The notes under the pieces are model-generated. The model saw only the letters and a program-made list of their open reading frames with translations, did no database searches and was not told the origin of the DNA. DNA of 64,000 nucleotides from Felis catus (lineage: Eukaryota). Both the position numbers and the translations under genes were made by a program. Positions 25,812 to 37,880 of the stretch are shown one piece after another. Every line of letters starts with the position of its first letter. Position 1 is the stretch's first letter. Where the stretch lies: NCBI RefSeq assembly GCF_018350175.1, contig NC_058368.1, positions 13,642,001-13,706,000 of the forward strand. Direction: 5' to 3'.

Positions 25812-26018
25812 ATTTGTTTATTTATTTGTTTTGAAAGAGAATGAGAGAGAGAGAGCATGGGAGAGAGAGGGAGAGAGAGAGAGAATCCCCAGCAGGATCC
25901 GCACTGTGAGCACAGAGCCCAATGCAAGGCTCAAACTCATGAACTGCGAGATCATGACCTGAGCCGAAACTAAGAGTCAGATGCTTAACCCAGGTTAACC
26001 CAGGCACCCAGGTGCCCC
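25812..26018 (-). mobile_element. Can-SINE
   Basis: TSD atttctcatctcattta on both sides; the head carries a local duplication ttaacccagg x2. Confidence 0.93.
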
Positions 26019-26344
26019 ATTTCTCATCTCATTTAGTCCCTTGATTTATTTAAATTCAAAATAAAGGAAAACAATATATCTAGGCCGAAATGTTTTCCTC
26101 TTTGAAATTGATGTTTGAGGTGAGGGCTCAGAAGCCCCTCCACTGATCCCTCCCTTTGAGGGTACGTGGGGCCCTTCTAGAATGAGCACCTGGATGCAAC
26201 AGAGGATGTGAAATGACACCCACCTGCAGTCTCCTAGCATAGGCCTTGGTGACCTAGGGGAAGTGACATGTTCCATCTCCCAGAGGATTCACCATATTTC
26301 AAATTTGGTTTGTTTTGCTCTTCACGGTCTTTTGTGTGGGGGTG

Positions 26345-26662
26345 GAATATACATAATATAAAATTTACCATTTTAACCATTTTTAAATATAAAGTTTACT
26401 GGCATTAAATACATTTACATTGTTGTCCAACCATCACCACAGTCCAATTCCAGAACTTTTTCATCGTCTCAAAGTGAAACTCTATACCTATTAAGCAATA
26501 ACTCCCCCTTCTCCCTCTCCAAAACCCTTGTAATCACTATTCTACTTTCTGTCTGTATGAATTTGACTATTCTAGGTGCTTTGCATAAATGGAGTCATAT
26601 AATAGTTGTCTTTTTGTATCTGGCTTATTCCACACAGCTTAATGTTTTCAAGTTTCACCCAT
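26345..26662 (-). mobile_element. L1MB-like 3' end
   Basis: aaaatttaccattttaaccatttttaa..caaccatcaccac..ccagaactttttcatc. Confidence 0.85.
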
Positions 26663-27629
26663 TGCCCTTCATTACCTCAAATATACTTTGTCCATGGAGA
26701 AAGCCATGTTCTTTCTGAAGCTTGTGGAATTTGTTTATATCTTTATGTGAGAATATATGTAGTTTCATCTCCTGTCAATATGTAGCATATAAGAATATTA
26801 TAGGAATAAGGTCTGTATAATTTTGTCCTTGAAATAGAAACAGAGAAAGAGAGCTGGTCAGTTGACATTGCCTCCAAAGATGTGGGCAAGAACCTACTAA
26901 TGGATTCCAGAAGTAGTAAGCAGAAGCTGGAGGTAAGAGGCATTATGAGTATTTTCCCTGGTCCCTCTGACTCACACTTTCTTTATATTTCTCAATGAGG
27001 AAGAAAATCTGAACTTGATTTTCTGCTGGTATCTCTCTATTATTACAACCAAGGAGAAGAGTGATGGAGAGGCACCCATTTCTTAAATGTCTTGTCAGGA
27101 AGTGATTTTTATCATTTCTGCTTACACTCAACTGAGCCAAACTAAGTGCAAAGGAGGCTAGGAAATGCAAGGAAACACATGGATATTCATTGATCACCAA
27201 ATATATGCCATAACCGAGATATAATCCTTGGGGTTATATAAGGGGAGAAAGATTGTACTTTCTTTTCAGTACTTATGGTCTATACATATCTTGTGTTTGA
27301 ATACACACAGGATAACAGAAAACCCATGAAAAATATAAAATACATGTCTCCAGTTTTTATCTGCAATTCCAACTTCCCAAATACTCTGGAAACCAAAGCT
27401 TTTAACAATAACTAGTTCAATGGGAAAAAAAAAGTGATCTAAACTAAAGTGAGGCTATGTATAAGACTATCTTGCCCTAAGGTTTTATTTAAGGAGTTGT
27501 GAGCTTGAATAAAACATACATAAATTAGGAGTAAGAATAGGAACTAAATTGGAGTAGCAGTTTAGATATATTCAATTTGTCCCTAAGCTTTTAGTCATCT
27601 GTCACGTAAATCTATTAGCCAACATTTAT

Positions 27630-27835
27630 TATTTCCTGTGTAAGAAGCATTGTTGTAAGTGCTTTGCATTTATTAGCTCATTTAAGTTTCTCAGAAACCC
27701 TTTGGTATTGTCATCTTTATTTAGCAGACATGGAAACAAAGTCTCAGTAAGTTTAGATAAGGTCACCCAGCTAAAAAAGGGCAGTTAGGGATAAAATCCA
27801 GGCAAACTTCTTCCAGAAACCCTTGACTACTATAC
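27630..27835 (-). mobile_element. MIR
   Basis: taagtgctttgcat..ctcatttaa..cagacatggaaac..aaggtcacccagcta. Confidence 0.65.
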
Positions 27836-27889
27836 CACGTAGCTCCCACGTCATATTTGAAATCGGGTGAAGAAAATCTCTTCCCAGAG

Positions 27890-29950
27890 TAACATCATGA
27901 AAATGGCAGTGTAGTAGTTTTCCACCATCTCCCTGATTTTGACAATCACCCACGACAAGAATGCCTTTGTGGAAGTCTGGGAGTCCATTGGAGAAGTTCC
28001 AGCACATTACTGGAGCTAAACAAAGTCCAAGATTGGGCACATTGAAGAGTGTAAGAGTAATGCTTTCTCTTTACCTGTCTCATCCCTTCTTCAAGGCAAC
28101 AAAGCTCAGTGCAAGAGAGACCTCCTCTGTCCATGCTTTCTACCACAGGGGAAGATGAGGGTGAGTGCATGGGGAAGCATCTGGCTTCCCCAACTGTGCA
28201 AGACACTGCCAAAGAGGCCCACTTCTTTCCCACCCCAGCCAGAATACTGAGTGGTGAACTGTATGAGAGGGACAGTTAGCATCTGTGAGAATAGCAGCCA
28301 GGGCTCAGCATGGAACATAGCAAACAGACACATATCCTATTTACTGCTTTACGGACTCCATCAGGAAGCCCACCTAGGAGCCACTCGCAATGCCTCGCCT
28401 GCTGATTTCCCCAGCTGGCTCATGGACACCCTAATGCCCTGAGCACCTTGCTCTCATGCCCTTCCCCATGTTATGGCCAGCTCTCTGTGCATGTTCCTGA
28501 GGGCAAGAGTGGTGGGAGAGAGTCTTCACAGACAGTTAGTGAGCATGTGCAGAAAGTTGGCCCAAATCCACAATGCTGGGAGAAAGCACAAACTTGAGCA
28601 TCAACATCACCCTAGAGAAATCAAATAAGAGGTGGTCAGTGCCCAGCCTGGCTTTGCAGGATTGAGAGAAGGCAAATAATCTTAAGAATACCCTTCACGT
28701 GTGGAGCAGGTATCCACTGAAATGATCTGAGAGAGCTTCAGAATCCCTAACAGGAAGAATTCCTGAAGCCAGTCAGTCAAAACTGAGGGATGAATGTCAA
28801 GACAGCAATGCAAGGCTTCAAGGAACATGACAAATCAGGAAAACATGACACCACCAAAGAAACACGGTAATTTTCCAGTAACCGACCCCAAAGAAATGGA
28901 TAATTCAAAACAGTTATTCTAAGGAAACTCAATGAACCACAAGAAAACACAGAAAGATAATTTGACAAAATCAGGAAAACAATACTTGAACAAAATGAGA
29001 AGTTTGAAGAGAGATAGAAGTCATAGAAAAGAATCAATCAAATTCTGGAGCTGAGGAATACAATGAATAAAATGAAAAAATGCACCAAACAGCTGCAGCA
29101 GCAGATCAGATCAAGCAAAGGAAATAATCTGTGAAGCAGAAGACAGGTCAATTAAAATTATTCAGTCAGAGGAGAACAAAGAAAAAAGACAGAAAATGAG
29201 CAAGGGAAGACTACAAGAACTACAGGATACCAGTAAAAAAAAAAAAAAAGCTATCCATCACTGGAGTCCCAGAAAAAAAGAGGGTGGTGAAAGGAATAGA
29301 AAGCTTAGTTAAAGAAATAATGGCTGTGAATTTCCCAAATATGAAGAGAGATTTAGTCAAGTTCATGGAGCTCATCGGTCCCTCCAAAATTTCAACCTCA
29401 AACCATCTTCTCCAAGACAACTATAATAAAACTGTCTAATATCAAAGAAAAAGTGGGAATTTTCAAAGCAGCAAGAGGGAAAAAAATCCTCACATAAAAA
29501 GGAACCCTACTAAAGCTATTAATGGGTTTCTCAGCAGAAACGGGAGAGATTGGCCAAGGCCAGGAGAGAGTGGGATGAAATATTCAATGTTTTGAAAGAA
29601 AAGAACTGCCATCACGAGTACTTCATCAAAAAAATATATATATATATGTATATATATATATGTATATATATGTATATATATATATATGTATATATATATA
29701 CTTCATCCAGAAAAACTGTCCTTCAGAAAAGAAGGAAAGATTAAAGACTTTCTCAAACAAATGCAAGCTGAGGGAGTTAATCACTGCTAGATCTTTCCTA
29801 CAAGAAATGCTGAATGGGGTTCTTCAAGCTGAAAAGAAAGGATGCTAATTAGTAACATGAAAACTTAAAAAACAAAATATCACGTTGTATACTTTAAATA
29901 TACCACAATTTTATTTGTCAATTATATCTCAGTAAAGCTGGGCGGGGGGA
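27890..29950 (+). mobile_element. Old L1: 5'UTR, decayed ORF1 and 3' terminus, lacking ORF2
   Basis: ORF1p remnants (aacatgacaccaccaaag.., KARREWDEIFNVLKEKNC, LKTFSNKCKLRELITARSFLQEMLNGVL) followed at ~29880 by an L1M 3' terminus. Confidence 0.85.
29633..29700 (+). repeat. (TA)n microsatellite with TG interruptions, inside L1 ORF1
   Basis: Read directly. Confidence 0.95.
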
Positions 29951-30600
29951 AGACTTTCCCAATTTCTCATGGCACCTTTTACTTTCTGCCCCCCCCCCTC
30001 GCATAACACTTACTTCATAGTCTTCCTTTAACAAACATCTCCTGAACACAAGACATCAGTCTCTGTTGAAAGTATGGGAATAAAGCCCTAAGCAATGCAT
30101 ACCAAATTACTAAATTTTTCGTGATTTTCCATAGGACTTGAAGTTCCAGAATGGCCGAAATCCAGTCTCTCCTATTTGCACCTCAATCTCCAACACCTAG
30201 CACTGGGTTTGACTATCACAAGCTCTTCATAAGTTTTGTTCAATGAATATTGTTGAGTGACAAAAGCATCCCACTTTAGCATATAACAGCATATAACAAA
30301 ATCTCTCATCCTCAATTAAAAGTGCTTTTCTTTAAATTTTACTATTGTTAAATAAGCCAGAGATCACCGAAAACACCTGTGTTCCTTTATAACAAAAATT
30401 CAAACACCTTTAATGTCATATGGACTTGGGCTCTACGTCAAAGCAAAAAACAAACAAACAAAAACAAAAAAACAAAACTATGAGGAATATAGTTAGAGAA
30501 AAGGCACTTTACATCTCCCATTCTTGCCCCCTTCTGAGAAACAATCCTAGCAGCAGCCAGCACACTGATAGAAAGGATATAAATTTTTTTAAATGTCTTT

Positions 30601-30833
30601 GGTGGCACCTGGATGGCTCAGTAGGTTAAGGGCCTGACTTCGGCTCAGGTCATGATCTCAAAGTTTGTGGTTTGTGCCCTGCATCAGGCTCTGTGCTGGC
30701 AGCCTGGAGCCTGCTTCAGATTCCGTGTCCCCCTCTCTCTCTGTCCCTCCTCTGCTCATGCTCTCTCATTCTCTCTCTCTCTCTCTCTCTCCCCCATCAA
30801 AATTAAATAAACATTAAAAAATAATAAAAATAA
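30601..30833 (+). mobile_element. Can-SINE
   Basis: TSD aaatgtcttt. Confidence 0.92.
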
Positions 30834-31624
30834 AAATGTCTTTGAACATCAATTACGTGACACCACATGGCAACACTTTTCTATACACACGTCTACATGA
30901 CACCAAAAGCGAGTGTTAACATGTTTTGGGATTTGGGTGATTCATCTATCAGGTGGATTTGAGACCCCAATCTTTCTACGGTTTCTCCTCTGAGGATGAA
31001 GGTGGAAACTAGCTCAAAGTTCCCCAGCCAGAGCTCTGCAACAGAGAGAGCCAAAGAGCGCACTTTTCTGGCAACCAGTATTCTATCTAATGCCGGTTAA
31101 GTTCCTAACCTCTGAGAGCCTCTTACCAAACCCCACTTGATAAAGTCAGCTCAGAGCCCACAGTGCATACCCGTCAGCTGGGTGCACACAAAGGCTCACT
31201 CACACTTGGCTCATTTTTCACTTTAACTCTGGCTTTCTCTTTTTATTTTTCCCTATTTCTCTTCTACCATGTTTGCTTAATGGACCCCCTGTGAGCTATT
31301 CATGGAAATTCTTAAAATTAGGAGGAAAACTGATCACTAAGATTTATGAGGTTGTGATGATTTATTCACCTCTCAAGGAAAGAGGCAATCTATCACATTT
31401 TGAAAGGCTGGACAATCAAGTTCTACCTGTATTTATATGATATCATAAAGCTGTTTCTTGAAGAACCACTGAGCTACCAGCTTAAAGATGAGGCTGCCTG
31501 TTCCAGGCAAAGAGTTCGAATAAGAATTTTTAGAAGTTAGTGAGTGTATTTGTTTGCCACTGAGGACATTTTCAGGAGAAAAGAAACTCAATATTATAAT
31601 TATTTTGACTCAATGTCTCTTAAC

Positions 31625-31845
31625 TTTCTTTTTTAAGTTTATATTTTATTTATTTTTGAGAGACAGAGAGAGTGAATGCAAGTAGGGGAGGGGCAGAGAC
31701 AGAGAGGGAGAAAGAGAATTCCAAGCAGGCTCCACGCCATCAGCATAGAGCTCAATGAGAGGCTTGAACCCACAAACTGTGAGATCACGACCTGAGCTGA
31801 AATCAAGAGTCAGACGCTTAACCAACTGAGCCACCCAGGCGCCCC
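31625..31845 (-). mobile_element. Can-SINE
   Basis: Reverse-complement head ending ccacccaggcgcccc. Confidence 0.93.
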
Positions 31846-32422
31846 AGTGTTTTAATGGGAGGGTGGACAGGCTGGTTTAAATTTGACTCAAGAATGGGGA
31901 AGGTGGACAGGCCAACTGCCACCAGCTCATCATCTTTTCTCAGGGTCCTTCCTCCAAAAGACATGGTTCCAAACACCCCTTGAATCAAAGCAAAAGGCCG
32001 GAAGTCATCTCACCACTGTTTCTGCTAGCAAAGTCTGAGGTCCTCTTCCTCAGAGCCTCCCTGCCTCATGGCTGGGTTTCCTAAGCTGGATCTCCAGAAT
32101 AGAAGGTGGCAGGCAGTATGGCTATTCCCAGAAGAACAGGAAGAAGGAATGGTCCCTCTAACTCTTGTACTTAAGTTTAAGGTCCGGGTGAGCCCCCCCC
32201 CCACCTCCTTACAAAGCATTGGGGCCTAATCAAGAAGAGTCCCTGCTGGCCTTGAGTTGTTCCCCCATTACCTCCTTTCTTTGCAATGCCAGCCCCCATC
32301 TTGCCCTGGGTACAGAGCTCATGGTAAGAGGAGCAGATGCCAGGCCCTGCTACCTGTTCAGCTCCTGGTCAGAAAGGTCTAGCCATACCAAGATGTTTAT
32401 GAGAGAAATAAAGGTCCTGTTT

Positions 32423-32423
<1 letters not shown>

Positions 32424-32463
<40 letters not shown>
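32424..32463 (+). repeat. (CA)n microsatellite
   Basis: About 20 perfect units. Confidence 0.95.
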
Positions 32464-32464
<1 letters not shown>

Positions 32465-33041
32465 TTCTTGTTTTTTCTGTCTTTTGCATCTAACAGGTTA
32501 CAAACTTAATATTTATATTTCATGCATCTTATCAAGTTTGCCTGTTTCCTAACCTATGTTCTTATTTACTACCTATATTTAAAATATCCTATGATTTTTG
32601 CCTCTATCTTGTAAGCTACTGGTTTATCTATCTACAAATTCTATCATGTTTGTTCTTCTTTTCAGAAGAATTGACTATTTTCAAATACATATTAAATAAA
32701 ACAGAGAGACGGAATACATATCACAAGGTACATAGCAATGAAAAATCTATAGAATTAAGTGGACCAAGAATATTTGAATGATGACCGAATTGTTATCATA
32801 GATCCTATTTCCTATTTTAGATCTACAGTTTGCAGCATCCAACATTCATTCCCTTTGAATATCTCTACTGGACTGATATTCGCTGCCCAATATTTGCTTT
32901 TTCAATAATCTGAGCCATTTAAATAGAATTCTGGGTAAAGCCACCAGTATGATATTCGACTGAATTTTTGATTATCAAAACAGTTCCTAGTGGTTTCATT
33001 CAGTCAAGATTTGATTATCTGGTTTAAGTGAAAAGTTGTCA

Positions 33042-33262
33042 GGGTGCCTGGGCTGCTCAGTTGGTTAAGCGTCCATCCGACTTTGGCTCGGGTCATGGTC
33101 TCAATGGCTCGTGAGCTCAAGCCCCACATTGAGCTCTGTGCTGACGGCTCAGAACCTGGAGCCTGCTTCAGATTCTGTGTCTCCCTCTCACTCTGCCCCT
33201 CCCCCACTCACACTCTGTCTTTCTCTCTCTCTCTCAAAAATAAATAAATGTTAAAAAAAAAC
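33042..33262 (+). mobile_element. Can-SINE
   Basis: TSD tttaagtgaaaagttgtca / tttaagcgaaaacttgtca. Confidence 0.93.
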
Positions 33263-36200
33263 CTTTAAGCGAAAACTTGTCAAGGAAATCCTTACTACAG
33301 CAGTGATGTCAAGAAAAGGATTTGCTAGTCCAAAATGATTATTTTCACTAATGGACATCATAGCTTCAACTTCCTGCCCCACACAACAGCACCTGTATCT
33401 GATGCTCTGTATTCACACAAGCAGAAACAGGTACCACAGCAAATGTTCCTCTGCTCATTCATCCAGTGACAGAGGATGTGTCCTCATATACCCCTTTTTG
33501 CTAAACATCTACTGTGGGCTTTGGACTATGTTAGATGTAACAGGTTCTCTACCAACCAAGGGCTCACAGCAGCTCACGGTATACTTGGGAAACAGAAAAG
33601 TAAATAAATCATTATAACAAAGTGTTAAATTGCTAAAAACAAAGTTGAACCCTGACCAAACTGAGAAGTTCAAAATCTAGCTACATGAAACCAAAAGCAT
33701 GAGTCATGTCTATTTCTAACTGTTAACATTAAAGGGGGCGTCAATCTTTAACAGAAGAAAAAGGATGTGTAGGAAACTCTAAATATGAATGAAAGATCTA
33801 TTTTTCAGTATGTAAACAAAAAGGTAAGGACAAGTATAAAATGTGAAGCTACTGGTCAACTTCTTCTCTTATGCTCTTTTGAAAACTTCCCCATTGTATG
33901 TACTGTTCCATCTCAGCAAATGCTTAATATTGGAAAACAATCTGATAAGTGAAACCTTACGAAGATGCTAATGGCTGGTAGTGTAAGACATCATCATCCT
34001 AAAGGATTTCCACACTAATACGTCTCCCAGAAATAAAAGCCTTTATGCACTATTATGAATTATTAATTTTAGGTTATCAAGCATGGTATTAGTTTTATTT
34101 CTGAAGTTGAATATTCTGCCCTGGTTTGTTCACATCAAAATACTCAGGCATTCATCAACTCGATCCAGATGACACAGTGGTCCAAGACAGATGCGTTCAG
34201 AAGAAAATCATTTACCAGACTACAGTTTTTAATCTAAACATTCGTGACATAGAATTCACAATAACAGAATCAAAATGATCACTTTATGTGGAGCTATTAC
34301 CATCAGAAATTATGGTAATCACGGGGACATTAATTATATCCCTTAATGTCCTGAACCATATTTATGATTTCTGGTTTTCATTTTCACAAGAAAACTCAGG
34401 GCTCTGATAAGGCAACTTTTAAAGATATACCTTAATATATTCACATCCTTAACTAAGTATATATTTATATTCCTCAACTAAGTATAACCTTTGCATGTGG
34501 TAAGATTCCAACCTTTAAAAAGCAAAACCCCAGACAAGCAGTAAGCAGATAGTCTGTAATTCAAGCAGCTGCTGCTAAGAAATACACTTGAGACGAAACT
34601 AATGAAGTAAAAAACATCTTTTTATTTATAAAGCAGAGTCCTCCAAGTACCTCTCAGATCAGAAATTATACTAGCAGAGGTTTTGTAGTTCACCCAAGGC
34701 CAAGGGTTATTCAGAAATCCCCTCTGGAATAAAGTGAGAGAAGCTGTCTAATTTTACCCCTGGAATATCCAAAGCTGAGTCATACCTGTGCTGGGATTCT
34801 GGGAGCTGAGGCTAAGGGTGAGGTGGGTGAGCCAGAGTCCTCAAAACAGGAACTTAAAGGAGATCAAAAACAACCTCCTAGGAAAGTCAGAATTTCAAGT
34901 CTAAATCAAGCATCTGACCAAAGTCTTGACCATAGAGGAAAAAACTCTGTACAAGACGTTAGGATGGCCTTCCAAGTACAAAGACAGGAGCAGGGAAGAC
35001 GTGTTGAAGGAAAAACAGAAACTCCCTGACTTGACTCTTCATAGTGCTCATAACTTCACTGCGTGGGGGAAAGGAAGCAACGACAGAGCAGATTTAAACA
35101 GAGGAAGCCCTTCAAGGCAGAAGCTTCCCAGAATGCACTTCCAGAGAAAATGTCCTCAAATTAAGATACGGGGTAGGCACGAGTGGGTGAAGTCCAGGAA
35201 GCCCAAAGACATAAAGTGAATATTAAATTTCCTTCAACTTTGTTCAGCAGATTTCATTTCCCAAAGTTCCATATTATTTTGGTTTCACTAAACTTAATCC
35301 CAAATGTAAAGTTTCAGTTCATTAAAATAGCAACACCTAATGCACTCTGAGGCTAATTCAGATGGTTTCAAACCTTCAGCAAAACCCTTTTAATAGTTTC
35401 AAGCAAATTACACATCAAAACTGCTATTGGGGCTGCCTAGCAACAAAGCTAATTGCATAACATAGATTCACTTCAAATCCTTAGGAAAGCAGATCTTTAT
35501 TCAAATATGAAAATCCCCCCTCCCCCCCACACACACAAAATTTTAATGTATGGTGTAGAAATACCATACAGAGTATCTTATTAGACTATCATGTTTAACA
35601 CACTAATTTATGTGAAAAATCACTTGACCTCTGAAAATTGCATATTCATCACAACTAATGCTTAATAAATCTCTTGTTTACACGTTTCTACACCCTCCAT
35701 GTCATAGCAGGTGTTCTGATTTGTAAACTGGAGTTGGTATCTTTCGAAACCATAAAGATCTCTTTAGGGCATCATGCACGGAAGTATCTGTCCTGCCGGG
35801 TAGTACAACCATCATTTTCATGGCACTGACTTTGATGGAAAGCCTTCAAATTGGCCATGTCAGAATTCATTCTTTCTGAAATTTTCTTATAAGGATGGAA
35901 ACCGTAGTCGTCTTATCTGTTCTGGAAAAATATTTGCTTACATGCTAAGAAATCTACAGTAAAAATCAAGAATATTCATAGCCAATGTCACTGGACTATT
36001 TTTTATAAGAATAAGATAAATCCTAAAATCTCATTTACTATCATTAATATTAATAGATCATCCTATGGTAGTGATTGCACCTTCATTAATATCAAAATCA
36101 TTTTACTGGCATGTTCTCAACCATGAAAACAGCACAAAAGTAAAAATCAAATTTTATTATAGCCTTATATTGAACAATTTCTGATGTGACTAGTTTTTAT

Positions 36201-37694
36201 TTGGAACTTTGAAGATTAGGCATTTTCCCTTCCAACCTATAAGTTTTGAGTGATGATAAATAATTAATGTCTATTAAGTTACTATGCTAATAATTCTTTA
36301 TCATTCAATAAATACTCATTGATAATAGTTTATTTCCTTCTCAGTATATATTAGCACCTAATGGTTTTCATATATCCTTTATTATTAACTTGAAAAAGAG
36401 ATTTTAAATAAGTTTATTTTACTCCTCACATCTTCAAATACATAAAAAGCACTTTAATGCAAAACCTAGGGCTTTCTTTTTTTTTCTTTTTTTTAAGTAA
36501 GCTTTAGACTGTAATATACTGGTTTTTCCTAAGCCTGCGTTGACCTGTGAAATGGCTCGTTCTACCTACAATCATTTAATTATTTTTTAAACCAGTATGG
36601 AAGCTTCTAATTCTGATGTTTTAATTTATTACCTCAATCTGTACTAAAGATTTATAAGATAACCTCACCCTTCCCATTCTGTCATGACTGATAAAAGCTT
36701 AAAATAATCTATTAGGGAAAGACAGCACTAGAAACCTGAGTAATGTTCCACATTTTAAACACATTTTTGACATACAGAATTCAGGAAACAAGATGTTAAT
36801 CATCCGTATGACATTTCAGAAATCCCCAATAACTTACAACATTTTCTACTTGGTAAACTGAACAAGGTGCTTATGAAACAAAAACCACCAGAAACCCTGG
36901 CTGGACTATGAAGAGCTAATCTGACCATGAATAGACCAACCACTGGTTTCTGGTGAAACTTTTGGGAACTGTTTTTACCCACAACAGTGGGGACAATAAT
37001 TGAGCATGGTGAGCAAATTGGAATTGGCACAATGTTTCAGAGCCATCCCATTCAGTAGTACTTTGAGGAACATAGCCAGAGCATTAAAAAGCTATATAGA
37101 ATTTAAAATTGAAAAGCAAACATAATTATCTCTACCATTCTCTGAGGTTGTACCCAAACAAAGTCTGAAACACTCGTAAGGTCACAATAAATATAAGCCT
37201 ATTTCCACCTTCAGAATAGTGGGACCATTTGTTGGGGATCATTCCAACCAGGCCCTCTCTGTCACACACTAATACTGGACCTCCTCAGGGCTTCCTGTAG
37301 CTTCTATTGACCTATCTTATAAACTTCCAGTTCATCTATGCATTCCAATATATTCACATCTTTTCTATGTAGGGCATGTTTTTTTGTGAACAATCACCAT
37401 TTTCAACCCATCACCAAAGACAAGAGTGTGCCACATGGGCAGAAAATTGTGCAACGGTGTGAAGATCAGCGGCACAAACTGAATAAGAAGCTGACTTTGT
37501 GACTCCCTGGAAAATTAGTGAGAAACAGTATTTTTCAATTCAAGCAAGAATTATTTTGCTTTTCCTCTTGGCCACCGTTGTGCTTCTTCCTGTCACGTTT
37601 TTTTCTGCACTGTGCATTTCTTCCTGAATGTGTATAAGGTCTGTGCCAATGGAAGCAGGGCATTACAGTATTTAACAGAGTGGTCTCCAGGTTA

Positions 37695-37880
37695 AGATGG
37701 TTTAGGCTCAAATACTAGTTCTACCATTTCTTTCCATAAAGTTTTGGAAAAGTGTGCATTCAAGATCCTCTTCTGTAGAATGGGGATAAGTAACACCATC
37801 TCGTGAGTTTGTTGTGGAAGTTGAAAAAGAGCACATAAAGTTCTTGGCACAAGAGCTGGCACATAATCAGTGCTCAAAAA
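37695..37880 (+). mobile_element. MIR
   Basis: ttctgtagaatggggataagtaacaccatctcgtgagtttgttgtg..ctggcacataatcagtgctcaa. Confidence 0.7.
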
